From a virus: 64,000 bases of DNA. The translations under genes were made by a program, and so were the position numbers. The notes under the pieces were generated by a model that searched no databases, was not told the origin of the DNA, and saw only the letters and a program-made list of their open reading frames with translations. The stretch is taken from the IMG/VR virus record IMGVR_UViG_3300042549_002989, positions 5,195 to 69,194 of that record. The stretch is one strand, 5' to 3'. This document shows positions 48,171 to 56,527 of this stretch, piece after piece; the stretch's first letter is position 1, and the number at the start of each line of letters is the position of its first letter.

Positions 48171-48646
48171 TGGTTGTCATTACCTTTGATGTTCTTGCAC
48201 AAGAAGGCGAAGAACTTGGAGCACGACAACCACTTATAGAAGGTAAAAAAATATGGAACATGTTATTTTCTGCATACGAAGGACGCATATGTGTACTTGC
48301 CACAGGAATAGAGAACAACAAAACACCTATACTTATGGAGTGGCTAAAGCGTGAAGGCTACAGAGCAGGATCAATTGATTTAACTTATGAAACATCTGCC
48401 GATGCCAAACTGGAGCGTATTCGTAGTATCCAAGCAGGATATGGACGAGTTGAATGGTTCGTTGACAACGATCCATCCACCATTGCTAAAACCCTTCATG
48501 AAGGAGTTGCATCCCTCCTTGTCTCTTCCCCTAGAATTGCCCGACCAGAGTGGACTGACGGAAGAGTCATCAAAGGATGGGACGAACTTTCTAAAGAAAT
48601 TAATGCCCAAGCACTTGCAAAAGCAGAAAGAGTTTGGCATGATTGA
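48170..48646 (+). CDS. Degenerate HAD-fold protein
   Basis: ITFDVL start, WL...G and FVDNDP. Confidence 0.55.
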   Translation: MVVITFDVLAQEGEELGARQPLIEGKKIWNMLFSAYEGRICVLATGIENNKTPILMEWLKREGYRAGSIDLTYETSADAKLERIRSIQAGYGRVEWFVDNDPSTIAKTLHEGVASLLVSSPRIARPEWTDGRVIKGWDELSKEINAQALAKAERVWHD

Positions 48647-48911
48647 TTTTATGAAAGAAATTGATTTTGACACTTGGATGGAAATTGGGCTAGAAAAAGG
48701 ATGGTGTGGACCTCCTGTATGTTATGTCCACGATGGGTTGCCCATGTCAGAAGAAGAGTGGATAGAAGAAGAAGCCAACGGCGAGCCTCCTTGTATGCAT
48801 ATTATTCGCTTGTATGAAGATGACGAGCACCGTCTAGAGATTGAAGAGTCACACTCTCCATCCATCTGGAGAAAGCCCTACAATATGAGGGATAATTCTT
48901 CAGAGAAATGA
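48639..48911 (+). CDS. Small acidic hypothetical protein
   Basis: GWCGPPVC..HDG...PCMHIIR. Confidence 0.6.
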   Translation: MIDFMKEIDFDTWMEIGLEKGWCGPPVCYVHDGLPMSEEEWIEEEANGEPPCMHIIRLYEDDEHRLEIEESHSPSIWRKPYNMRDNSSEK

Positions 48912-48918
48912 GTACCTC

Positions 48919-49098
48919 GTGGCAAGCCGTCCTTTCATTAATCAGGTTCGTATAGCGTTAGTTATTACGCAGTCTTTATTGCGCAAAGCGATCCAAGACA
49001 GGGACATACCTGTTAATGAAGGTGATGCTGTGTTAACTCATCTTGACGATTCTTTGGATATTATTCGTCCACACATTAAGAAACAGGACAAGATTTGA
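48919..49098 (+). CDS. Small hypothetical protein (59 aa)
   Basis: GTG start; TTGA overlap with the next gene. Confidence 0.45.
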   Translation: MASRPFINQVRIALVITQSLLRKAIQDRDIPVNEGDAVLTHLDDSLDIIRPHIKKQDKI

Positions 49099-50534
49099 AA
49101 GTATTTTTTGGTGGAGCCGAAAAGGGTTCTTACCGTTCACTGCTTCTGAGTGCAGGGGTGGATAAGTTTGCTATTAACCTAACCCACTACGCTGTTCCTA
49201 AGCGCAAAGTTCTTGATCTCGCAACGGTGTTTCAGGGGCATGATATCATCCTCTACACATCAGAGAATGACGAAGACCTATCTCGGTACGACTCATTTGT
49301 TCGTGAACACATTGATAGTTTGACTTATGTGATTGGACGCCCAGACTACGATGGGGCATGGATGGGTGACAAGTATGTGCCCATCTGGAATGACGGCTCT
49401 GACCTAGAGAGACTGACATGGCTATGTCAGAAGTATGGTCGTGTAGCGATTAGTGACAAGGCAATTACAGGTCGCAATGTGGCTCGTATCGGTCAGATTG
49501 CCTTGCGTTGGGGAACCAACCTCATTGGGCTTACATCCAAGCCAGACATCATTGAGCGTGTCGGCTGGGAGGCTGTAGTAGTGGGTTCATGGTCTAGTGC
49601 CGTGCGCTATGGAGAGACACAGGTGTGGGATGGTCACGCCTTACACAGATACCCAGCACAACAAAAAGAAACTGCCCGTAAGAGACACAGAGCAGACATA
49701 CAGCGCTTAGGTGTGGACTACGATGGCGTCATCAACGATGAAGTTGGTGCAGTCGCACACCTTGCTATCCAGTCATGGAAAGCATGGGAAACTAAAAACT
49801 TTGGGGGCTATGACCTTATGAATGACGATGACGAGACAGAGTTTGATGACTCTTCAGAAAGCCAAATCATTATGATTTCGGGTGATAGCGATAGTACCCC
49901 AAGTGTGGCACCAAGGGGTACCAACATTGTTACTAACCCCCCCAACAGACGGCACGCAAACGAAAAAACATTGCTCCCGATTATGGGTATTGACACCATC
50001 ACTTCAATGGGTACTCAAACAGCAGATGAGCACGGAAATGCAATAGAAATTGACCCTGAACAGGTACCAGTTCTTCGCTATAACGCTAACCCATTACGCC
50101 AATGCAATCATTGTTACTTGGCAAGCCGTTGTCCCCAGTTTCAAGAAAATAGTGAGTGTGCGTTTTCTTTGCCTATTGAGATTCGCACAAAGGATCAACT
50201 TCAGTCTGCACTGCGTGCTCTTGTAGAGATGCAAGTAGGTCGTGTGATGTTTGCTCGCTTCGCAGAAGAACTAGAAGGACAGGGTCTTGACTCCACTCTT
50301 TCTGGTGAGATTGACCGTCTGTTTAATCTAGTTGAGCGCTTTAAGAGCATCAATGACAACAGAGATCTTGTGCGCTTTGAAGTTGAGGCACGAGGCTCTA
50401 GTGGCGTGCTGTCTCGTCTGTTTGGAGCCAAGGCTGGAGACCAAGCACGAATGCTTCCCAATGGTGGTCTAGACCAATCTGGTGCTGACGCCATGTACGC
50501 AGACATTATTGATTTATCTGACGACACTCGTTGA
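49095..50534 (+). CDS. Two-domain protein: degenerate TIM-barrel-like N-half plus Cys4 C-terminal domain
   Basis: KVFFGGAE start, SWSSAVRYG; acidic linker; CNHC....RC...EC; GVLSRLFG. Confidence 0.6.
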   Translation: MKVFFGGAEKGSYRSLLLSAGVDKFAINLTHYAVPKRKVLDLATVFQGHDIILYTSENDEDLSRYDSFVREHIDSLTYVIGRPDYDGAWMGDKYVPIWNDGSDLERLTWLCQKYGRVAISDKAITGRNVARIGQIALRWGTNLIGLTSKPDIIERVGWEAVVVGSWSSAVRYGETQVWDGHALHRYPAQQKETARKRHRADIQRLGVDYDGVINDEVGAVAHLAIQSWKAWETKNFGGYDLMNDDDETEFDDSSESQIIMISGDSDSTPSVAPRGTNIVTNPPNRRHANEKTLLPIMGIDTITSMGTQTADEHGNAIEIDPEQVPVLRYNANPLRQCNHCYLASRCPQFQENSECAFSLPIEIRTKDQLQSALRALVEMQVGRVMFARFAEELEGQGLDSTLSGEIDRLFNLVERFKSINDNRDLVRFEVEARGSSGVLSRLFGAKAGDQARMLPNGGLDQSGADAMYADIIDLSDDTR

Positions 50535-50560
50535 CATAGGTACTACTTAGGGCGTACAAT
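50531..50560 (+). promoter_or_regulatory. Near-consensus housekeeping-sigma promoter
   Basis: TTGACA-18 nt-TACAAT. Confidence 0.75.
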
Positions 50561-50585
50561 GAGCGCCTAACAAGAAGGAGCGCAT

Positions 50586-50759
50586 ATGGAAAACGATTAT
50601 GTTGATTACATCGTTGTTGATATGGGTAATGCTGAATGGATTATTGCCCGTTCTTACCGTATAGGGTCAACCTCTTACGACAGGATTGCTACTTGTCGCA
50701 GTTATCCAGAAGCCTGTGATATAGCAAACATTCTAAACAAACACGAGGGTGCCAAATGA
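50586..50759 (+). CDS. Small hypothetical protein (57 aa)
   Basis: AAGGAG SD; ATGA overlap with the next gene. Confidence 0.6.
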   Translation: MENDYVDYIVVDMGNAEWIIARSYRIGSTSYDRIATCRSYPEACDIANILNKHEGAK

Positions 50760-51367
50760 TTACCGATGTTGCTGTAGACATTGATGGAGTTCTCTTTGAC
50801 TTCGCTACAACTGTTCAGAAACATTTTTCTGAGTATTTCCAAACAGAGTTTCCCAGACCAACTAATTGGGAGTTTTACGAGCAGTGGAACTTGTCTGCCA
50901 AAAAGTTTTATGACACCCTAGATATTTTGACTTACGAGCGTGACTTGTTTAATGATTCTGCCCCACTGCCAAAGACAATGGTTGGTTGGCAGGCATTGCG
51001 TGAACAGGGACTTCGTATCCACATCATCACACACCGTTCTCCTACAGCCTATGCCCAGACCATTAAGTGGCTGGAGCGCTACAGGCTCACTCCTGACACA
51101 CTTCATTTCAGTGGTCAGAAAGCAGACATCATCAATGCACTGGCAGTAGATGAGTGCGCTTCCATTGATGACCATGTCTTCCAATACAACGAGTATCGGG
51201 ACGCTGGTGTCCACGGATACCTATACACACAGCCATGGAACGCTCAATACGCAGGTCGGCGTGTAAATACACTTCCTGAGTTTGCGAACATCATTAAGAC
51301 TCACAACGAGTATTGGCAAATGGAACACAACAACACACTCATGGAAATAGGCAACGGTGTCAGATAA
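50756..51367 (+). CDS. HAD-family 5'(3')-deoxyribonucleotidase-like protein
   Basis: DIDGVLFD, IITHR, K, IDD and PWN motifs. Confidence 0.85.
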   Translation: MITDVAVDIDGVLFDFATTVQKHFSEYFQTEFPRPTNWEFYEQWNLSAKKFYDTLDILTYERDLFNDSAPLPKTMVGWQALREQGLRIHIITHRSPTAYAQTIKWLERYRLTPDTLHFSGQKADIINALAVDECASIDDHVFQYNEYRDAGVHGYLYTQPWNAQYAGRRVNTLPEFANIIKTHNEYWQMEHNNTLMEIGNGVR

Positions 51368-51737
51368 CTACAGAACTTCTATTTTAGAAGAAGCAATTCA
51401 ACTTATTAATGGTGACCGTAACGATGCTTACGGCGATCCTGTGGACGACTTTAAGACCACAGCATCACTGTGGCAAACATACTTGTCTCGCACTATGGAG
51501 GCACGAGGTCATTTGGTATTGATGCCACATGACATAGCAGTCATGATGGACTTGTTAAAGATTGCACGAATCTCGTGGTCTCCTGAAAAAAGAGACCATT
51601 GGGCTGACCTTGGGGGATACACAGGTCTTGGCTGGGATTGCGTTAATCGCCAAGAGGTACCCATCGCCTGCTTCTACTGCGACAACGGGTACCTCTGTGA
51701 CTGTGGTGGGGCTGAATCAGCGCAGGAACGGCTTTGA
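51357..51737 (+). CDS. DUF6378-like all-alpha protein (nucleotide pyrophosphatase-like fold)
   Basis: ILEEA..LINGDR..YGDP..F...W...LKIAR...D..GY. Confidence 0.75.
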   Translation: MSDNYRTSILEEAIQLINGDRNDAYGDPVDDFKTTASLWQTYLSRTMEARGHLVLMPHDIAVMMDLLKIARISWSPEKRDHWADLGGYTGLGWDCVNRQEVPIACFYCDNGYLCDCGGAESAQERL

Positions 51738-52106
51738 TTGCTTGATTGACTTAGCGACATCCACTTCGTCTTCGCTGATGCGTCCAACGAGTAGTTCTGC
51801 TTCAAGTCGTGTTTTGTCAACCTTCTCAACAACAATGCGTTTCCATTGAGCAGGCTTCAGGAGTCCTTTAAGGACTTCCTCATTCCACGCAACGGTGTTG
51901 GACTGCACAAGATTGAGTTTGCCGATCTCGGTCTCAACCTTTGTGAGACCAGCAGACTGAAACTCAGCAATGATGATGGAGTCAAGAGATTTAAGTCTCT
52001 CGGTAAGTTGCTCAAGTTCATCCTTCATACGGATGCGCTCAGAAACGATGGTGGACAGGGACGGGTTGACTTCCGTAATACGGTCAGTCGTTGGGTTAGT
52101 TGCCAT
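51717..52106 (-). CDS. Gam/Gp157-like protein, lone minus-strand gene (leaderless)
   Basis: Coiled coil plus EKVDK..L..L; -10 TAAGGT 7 nt upstream. Confidence 0.6.
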   Translation of the reverse strand: MATNPTTDRITEVNPSLSTIVSERIRMKDELEQLTERLKSLDSIIIAEFQSAGLTKVETEIGKLNLVQSNTVAWNEEVLKGLLKPAQWKRIVVEKVDKTRLEAELLVGRISEDEVDVAKSIKQSKPFLR

Positions 52107-52167
52107 AGGAGCAACCTTATCTGGGGAGTGTGTCATTACACAACCTCACTTTCTATTTGGAGATTTA

Positions 52168-52572
52168 ATGGATACAGAATGGCGTAGAGAGGCTCTATGC
52201 CTTAAGAGGAACAATGTGTTTTGGTTTCCACCTGTTGAGGCAGAGGCACCAGAGCACTATTACGCCGTAGCACGAGAGGTCTGTAAGCACTGCCCTGTGT
52301 GGAAACTGTGTCTAGAAGACGGTCAGAACGAACGCTGGGGCATGTGGGGTGGTCTAACGCCCAAAGATAGGCAGGGAGTCAAAGACAACAAACAGTCGTT
52401 GCTGAAGGCTCATGGATCGTGGGTGCGCTATCGCCAAGGCTGTGGCTGTGAATTATGCACTAACGACCACAATGAACAAATGGAGAATGTAAAACTGAAC
52501 ATGTCGTGTATTCCGTACATGAATGAGCCAGTGGAAGATATATCAACAGTTAGGTATGGGCTTCTCTACTAA
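52168..52572 (+). CDS. whiB: WhiB-family transcription factor with extra C-terminal HG..Y..GCxCxxC motif
   Basis: W...ALC, CKHCPVWKLC and GMWGGLT motifs. Confidence 0.9.
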   Translation: MDTEWRREALCLKRNNVFWFPPVEAEAPEHYYAVAREVCKHCPVWKLCLEDGQNERWGMWGGLTPKDRQGVKDNKQSLLKAHGSWVRYRQGCGCELCTNDHNEQMENVKLNMSCIPYMNEPVEDISTVRYGLLY

Positions 52573-52591
52573 ACCCCTATAGACTTGATAC

Positions 52592-52656
52592 AGAGACCCA
52601 TACCAAGGCTTTACCCCTGAGCACCCCCCTGCTCTCTTGGTGTGGGTCTCTTGTTA
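52592..52656 (+). ncRNA. Candidate structured RNA/leader with C-rich loops
   Basis: -10 TAGACT at 52580; 16-bp stem 52592-52607/52636-52651 enclosing UUUACCCCU and GAGCA-CCCCCC-UGCUC. Confidence 0.5.
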
Positions 52657-52680
52657 TATCCACCGACATAGGAGTCTTCA

Positions 52681-53265
52681 TTGCTGTTTGTTCGTTTAGG
52701 TTTAATCGCCACACTTTCTCTACCCACTATTCCAGTTTCTCTGGATGCTGAACCCGTAGAACAAGAGGTGATAGCCGTAACGACAACGACAACGACAGTA
52801 CCTACTGACCTAGCAAACAAGGTCAAAGCAATGAGCCTAGAGGTGTTACCAGAAGAGTTACAGACTCAAATGCGTAAGAAGAAGACAATGCCTATTGCAT
52901 ACTGGGAGGCAGTTGCTGTGTGCGAGACAGATGCAGGCAGGCGTGGATGGACGGACAAAGGTAAGTGGGCTGGTGGTCTAGGTATCTATGTTGGTACATG
53001 GAATAACTGGGGTGGTCGTCAGTTTGCACCAACACCTGACAAGGCAACTAAGCACGAGCAAATTATTGTTGCGAACAGAATCAGTGTCTTTGGGTTTCAA
53101 ACAAAGAATAAGTTTCGGACACTTGATGACAGGATCAATAACCGTCCGTGGTTCCAACATAAAGTTGGATATTTTGGGTGGGGTTGTATAGCGAACAACC
53201 GATACTTACACCCTGAAGTGTGGAAGAAAAACCACAGCAAAAAGAAAGTACACTCTAATAAGTGA
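52681..53265 (+). CDS. Secreted Rpf-like lytic transglycosylase
   Basis: Signal peptide, Thr linker, WEAVAVCET...GGL.I...TW...GG...AT..EQI.VA...WGC. Confidence 0.85.
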   Translation: MLFVRLGLIATLSLPTIPVSLDAEPVEQEVIAVTTTTTTVPTDLANKVKAMSLEVLPEELQTQMRKKKTMPIAYWEAVAVCETDAGRRGWTDKGKWAGGLGIYVGTWNNWGGRQFAPTPDKATKHEQIIVANRISVFGFQTKNKFRTLDDRINNRPWFQHKVGYFGWGCIANNRYLHPEVWKKNHSKKKVHSNK

Positions 53266-53480
53266 GCACAGAGAGCATACTTATATCAGACATACTGGGC
53301 ACCTCAGAGGTTGCCACAGTTCTCGGTGTGAGTAAGCAACGCATCCACTCACTGAGGAAGATGGCAGAGTTTCCAGAACCATTCGTGACTCTTGCGTCAA
53401 CCCCTTTGTGGAATCGTATAGAGATTGTAGAGTTCTTGACGCAATGGCGTCCTTGGAAGGTTCTAGGTAATGAAGTTTGA
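53262..53480 (+). CDS. AlpA/excisionase-like HTH protein
   Basis: GTSEVATVLGVSKQRIHSL...FPEP...PLW. Confidence 0.8.
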   Translation: MSTESILISDILGTSEVATVLGVSKQRIHSLRKMAEFPEPFVTLASTPLWNRIEIVEFLTQWRPWKVLGNEV

Positions 53481-53622
53481 GCGATACACATGTCCTGACT
53501 GTCGTCAGTTTGTAGAGGTCGGCGTAAAGTTAGTGGCACCACCAACACACAAGTGCCCACGACACGCCAACAAGGTGCGTGTAATGACTCCAGTGACAGA
53601 AGAAAAGCCCCCCACCGATTAG
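53470..53622 (+). CDS. Small zinc-ribbon protein (50 aa)
   Basis: CPDC...HKC..H. Confidence 0.55.
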   Translation: MKFERYTCPDCRQFVEVGVKLVAPPTHKCPRHANKVRVMTPVTEEKPPTD

Positions 53623-53640
53623 GCAGGGGGCTACTTCTTG
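53601..53640. terminator. Bidirectional intrinsic terminator between convergent blocks
   Basis: AGCCCCC/GGGGGCT stem with an A-run on the left and a T-rich run on the right. Confidence 0.65.
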
Positions 53641-53647
53641 TAGTGGG

Positions 53648-54025
53648 TTAATCAATGCTGTCGGGTAATGGTGATAGTCGTGGAGAGTCACTAGACACAA
53701 AGAAGTCAACACCACCCCAGACGCCATATCTGAGGTCGTTTTTTCTTGCGAAGTTGTAGCACTCTTTACGAACATCACACTTACTACATAGTTTCTGTAC
53801 CTCTGCAATCATCATCGCTCGTGTGTTACTGCGATTGGCATTTTCGGTAAAGAACAATGAAAGCAAGTGTGGTTGACCTTTGCAAAACGCTTTGTCCCTC
53901 CATTGACCACCATCGTCATACTTGAGATGTGGTAGTTCAATAAAGTTCGTAGTGTCGTAGTCAGTTAGTCGTTGTCCACGGGAAACGAGGGGCTTTACGC
54001 CCCCCGTTACCTCCACCTGTTCCAT
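53648..54025 (-). CDS. whiB: Second WhiB-family transcription factor
   Basis: WRDKAFC, CSKCDVRKEC and GVWGG motifs. Confidence 0.88.
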   Translation of the reverse strand: MEQVEVTGGVKPLVSRGQRLTDYDTTNFIELPHLKYDDGGQWRDKAFCKGQPHLLSLFFTENANRSNTRAMMIAEVQKLCSKCDVRKECYNFARKNDLRYGVWGGVDFFVSSDSPRLSPLPDSID

Positions 54026-55071
54026 CAGGCTGGTACCAACTGCTTGATTGCCTCAAGCACTTGACGATCATTGTCTTGTGTCTTTCCGAGGACACCATTC
54101 AACTTGTTGCGCTCTGAACGGTTTGTATCCGTACCAGCGAACCAGTGGTTGTAGGTGTTCCATGCTTGCAGTACACCAAGAGATGTGCCCTTCCATGGCG
54201 AGACACGAGGGTCATTCTTGTAGATGTGGTTGATGAGTTCCTGCTTGTTGTTAATACGAGCCTGAACCTGTGGACGCACATTCACTTCCAACGATGGTGG
54301 TACAAGACGGTCAACGATTAACTTGAACTGAGTGTCGGTGACAACCTGTGTTGACAAGCGCTCAAGTTCAAGAGTTAATTCATCGGTGTACTCATGCACC
54401 AGAGTCAGTGCATCACGGACGCTCTGAATCTTGTCAATGGAATGCTTGCTGTGACGCACCTTGTGCTGTGGTGTCTGCTCACCGAGAGCACCAGCAAGCG
54501 TGTTGTCACACACCACGATGGTTGAGACCAACTGGTAGGTGGTTGACAGCGTGCCGTCATGCGAGGTGCAAGCAAGCAAGTGTGGTCGGATGTCAAACCC
54601 TGACGGTGTCTTGACAGTTTCAGGCAACTCAATGGTCACATAAGCCTTACCACCTTGACGCAAGAGACCAGCAGTACCGATGGCAAGATCGCTGTCGTCA
54701 ATGATGTTGGCAACATTCTTGAGCAACCATTCTTGGTACTGGTGTACTTGGTATCCAGACTTGAACACTGAGAACACAACACTTGGGTCATCGCTACGCA
54801 CGATGGACTTGCGTGATGGGTCATCAATGTAACGAGATGTTCCGTCACCGTTCGGGAACTTGATAGCGCTTCCTGCTTCAACAGCGTTCCAGAAGAACAG
54901 ACGGCGAAGGACATCGTCTACTGGGATGGCGTGTGGGTAGTGGTTGTTCTCAAGACCGAGAGACTCACGCAACGATGGGTTGTCGTGCCATGCATTGCCC
55001 CGACCATAGGTGGGGTCGGTGTATCCGATGAGTTGGTCTCGGTTGAGTACGAGGTTGGTTTCTTTTGACAT
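54025..55071 (-). CDS. DUF932-family protein
   Basis: AWH, YQVHQ, AGLLRQG, TSHDG, VVCDNTL and RHS motifs. Confidence 0.85.
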   Translation of the reverse strand: MSKETNLVLNRDQLIGYTDPTYGRGNAWHDNPSLRESLGLENNHYPHAIPVDDVLRRLFFWNAVEAGSAIKFPNGDGTSRYIDDPSRKSIVRSDDPSVVFSVFKSGYQVHQYQEWLLKNVANIIDDSDLAIGTAGLLRQGGKAYVTIELPETVKTPSGFDIRPHLLACTSHDGTLSTTYQLVSTIVVCDNTLAGALGEQTPQHKVRHSKHSIDKIQSVRDALTLVHEYTDELTLELERLSTQVVTDTQFKLIVDRLVPPSLEVNVRPQVQARINNKQELINHIYKNDPRVSPWKGTSLGVLQAWNTYNHWFAGTDTNRSERNKLNGVLGKTQDNDRQVLEAIKQLVPA

Positions 55072-55129
55072 GTAATGTCTCCTTTGGTTGTTTTGTTTGT
55101 GGGGTGTAGTGCGTTGTCCCACACCAGTA

Positions 55130-55158
55130 AAACTACAGGTGTAGAGTACAACTCACAA
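55130..55158 (-). promoter_or_regulatory. Putative sigma-70-type promoter for the DUF932/WhiB genes
   Basis: TTGTGA-17 nt-TAGTTT on the minus strand. Confidence 0.45.
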
Positions 55159-55163
55159 CTTGA

Positions 55164-55523
55164 TTAAGGGTTTTGATTTTGTAGTGTTTCCATTACAGGT
55201 GGAATGAGTTCCCTCAACTCAATCCACAGTAACGCAAGGTCTAGGGGTTCAAGCACCTGACGGGTGTACGCCCCCTTAGAAGCCTCTGTGAAGGCTTCTA
55301 AGAGGTCTTCACCGTGGGTGTCAAAGGTTAGGTAGCGATTACAGCCACCGTTACCATCGTTCTCCACAGCGAAGGACGCACCATTGTCTCCGTAGACGAT
55401 TGCAGAGAACCCAACACCAGCGTCCTCTACTTGCCATTCATCCGTAATTTCTACAGAGAATGTAAGTAACAACTCTGGCTTGTCGGGTAAAGACGCAGAA
55501 ACTGGATCGTTGTTCTCGGTCAT
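55164..55523 (-). CDS. Hypothetical protein
   Basis: VENDGNGGC motif; AAGGA SD. Confidence 0.65.
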   Translation of the reverse strand: MTENNDPVSASLPDKPELLLTFSVEITDEWQVEDAGVGFSAIVYGDNGASFAVENDGNGGCNRYLTFDTHGEDLLEAFTEASKGAYTRQVLEPLDLALLWIELRELIPPVMETLQNQNP

Positions 55524-55744
55524 TTATTGTCCTTCTTTCCTTGTTTAGCGTCCCATTCGTATATGCCTACTGCACCAAACACCAACAGAATAAAAATAAT
55601 TCCTGTAACGGGCTTTCCATAGTAGAAGATATTTGCAAAGACGCCGACATACGCACAGAATGCAAAGTAGACGAACATTGACGGGACAAAGACTCTCTTT
55701 CGGAATCGTGTGTAGTTGCTGATACGGATGTTTTTCATTGGCAT
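55520..55744 (-). CDS. Two-TM membrane protein
   Basis: Two hydrophobic helices; ATGA overlap. Confidence 0.6.
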   Translation of the reverse strand: MPMKNIRISNYTRFRKRVFVPSMFVYFAFCAYVGVFANIFYYGKPVTGIIFILLVFGAVGIYEWDAKQGKKDNK

Positions 55745-56025
55745 TGGTTCCTGCTTTCGTGTATGAAGTCAACAAATGCTTCAAGGTGCCATGATTCAAC
55801 TGCATTGAATGCTCGTACAGTGTTCTCCTTACGCCATGTAACACCTGCTGGTAATTCAAGGACAAGGCTGTCTTCACCATTGACCACGGCGTGGATGGCG
55901 TCAAGAGCCAAGGGAACCATGTTCAAGGGCACTGGTGGATAGCAGTTGTAAGAGAAGTGAACCTCTAACGACTTCTCCAAGTCATTTGTTGCTAATAGTT
56001 GGTCGTATGTACTTGTGTAACCCAT
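55735..56025 (-). CDS. Hypothetical protein
   Basis: H..YNCYPPVP...WHLEAF; GGAGG SD. Confidence 0.65.
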   Translation of the reverse strand: MGYTSTYDQLLATNDLEKSLEVHFSYNCYPPVPLNMVPLALDAIHAVVNGEDSLVLELPAGVTWRKENTVRAFNAVESWHLEAFVDFIHESRNQCQ

Positions 56026-56038
56026 GTTGTTGTCCTCC

Positions 56039-56269
56039 TTAGAACAGTGTTGTTTCGGGTGAAATTACTTTGGCGTCAATTAACTGACTGATGAGAGCCA
56101 GTACAGATTCTTGAGCCTCAGTCAATGAGAATGCATCTACTGGAATGGTCACAACGATGCTGTGCCTTTCCAAGACATTGGGTGTGCCACATGAGCACAC
56201 ACCTTTGTCATCAAATGATTCGTATGAGTTGTCGCATTCACGACACCAGAGTGGTAGTTGGTTGAGCAT
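56039..56269 (-). CDS. Small zinc-binding protein
   Basis: CREC...CSCG; AGGAG SD. Confidence 0.6.
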   Translation of the reverse strand: MLNQLPLWCRECDNSYESFDDKGVCSCGTPNVLERHSIVVTIPVDAFSLTEAQESVLALISQLIDAKVISPETTLF

Positions 56270-56279
56270 TGGTTTCTCC

Positions 56280-56525
56280 TTAGAGGTATTCAGCATCGTT
56301 GATGCCAAGGTGTGTGATGTCGGGGTCTTCGGGGTCTGTGTCAAACAAACCCCACTCAGACCGTTCTAATGGTGTTGTGGACAGTTCTACGGTTAGTTCC
56401 CCTTTACCTTTACCGAAGTGGTCAATGATGGTTCCTGCGTAGATGAGTTCAAATGCTTCGTCTTCGTCTATCGCTTCCACAGATATGTCAGCGACCCACT
56501 GGACTTCAAAGTTGAATGTAGCCAT
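56280..56525 (-). CDS. Small acidic protein
   Basis: ISVEAIDEDEA pattern. Confidence 0.6.
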   Translation of the reverse strand: MATFNFEVQWVADISVEAIDEDEAFELIYAGTIIDHFGKGKGELTVELSTTPLERSEWGLFDTDPEDPDITHLGINDAEYL

Positions 56526-56527
56526 GA

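Noticed and set aside
52572-52680. c-di-AMP (ydaO) riboswitch ahead of Rpf
   Set aside because: Too short and lacks the conserved GCUGAA/GGGG/AGCUAAC elements.
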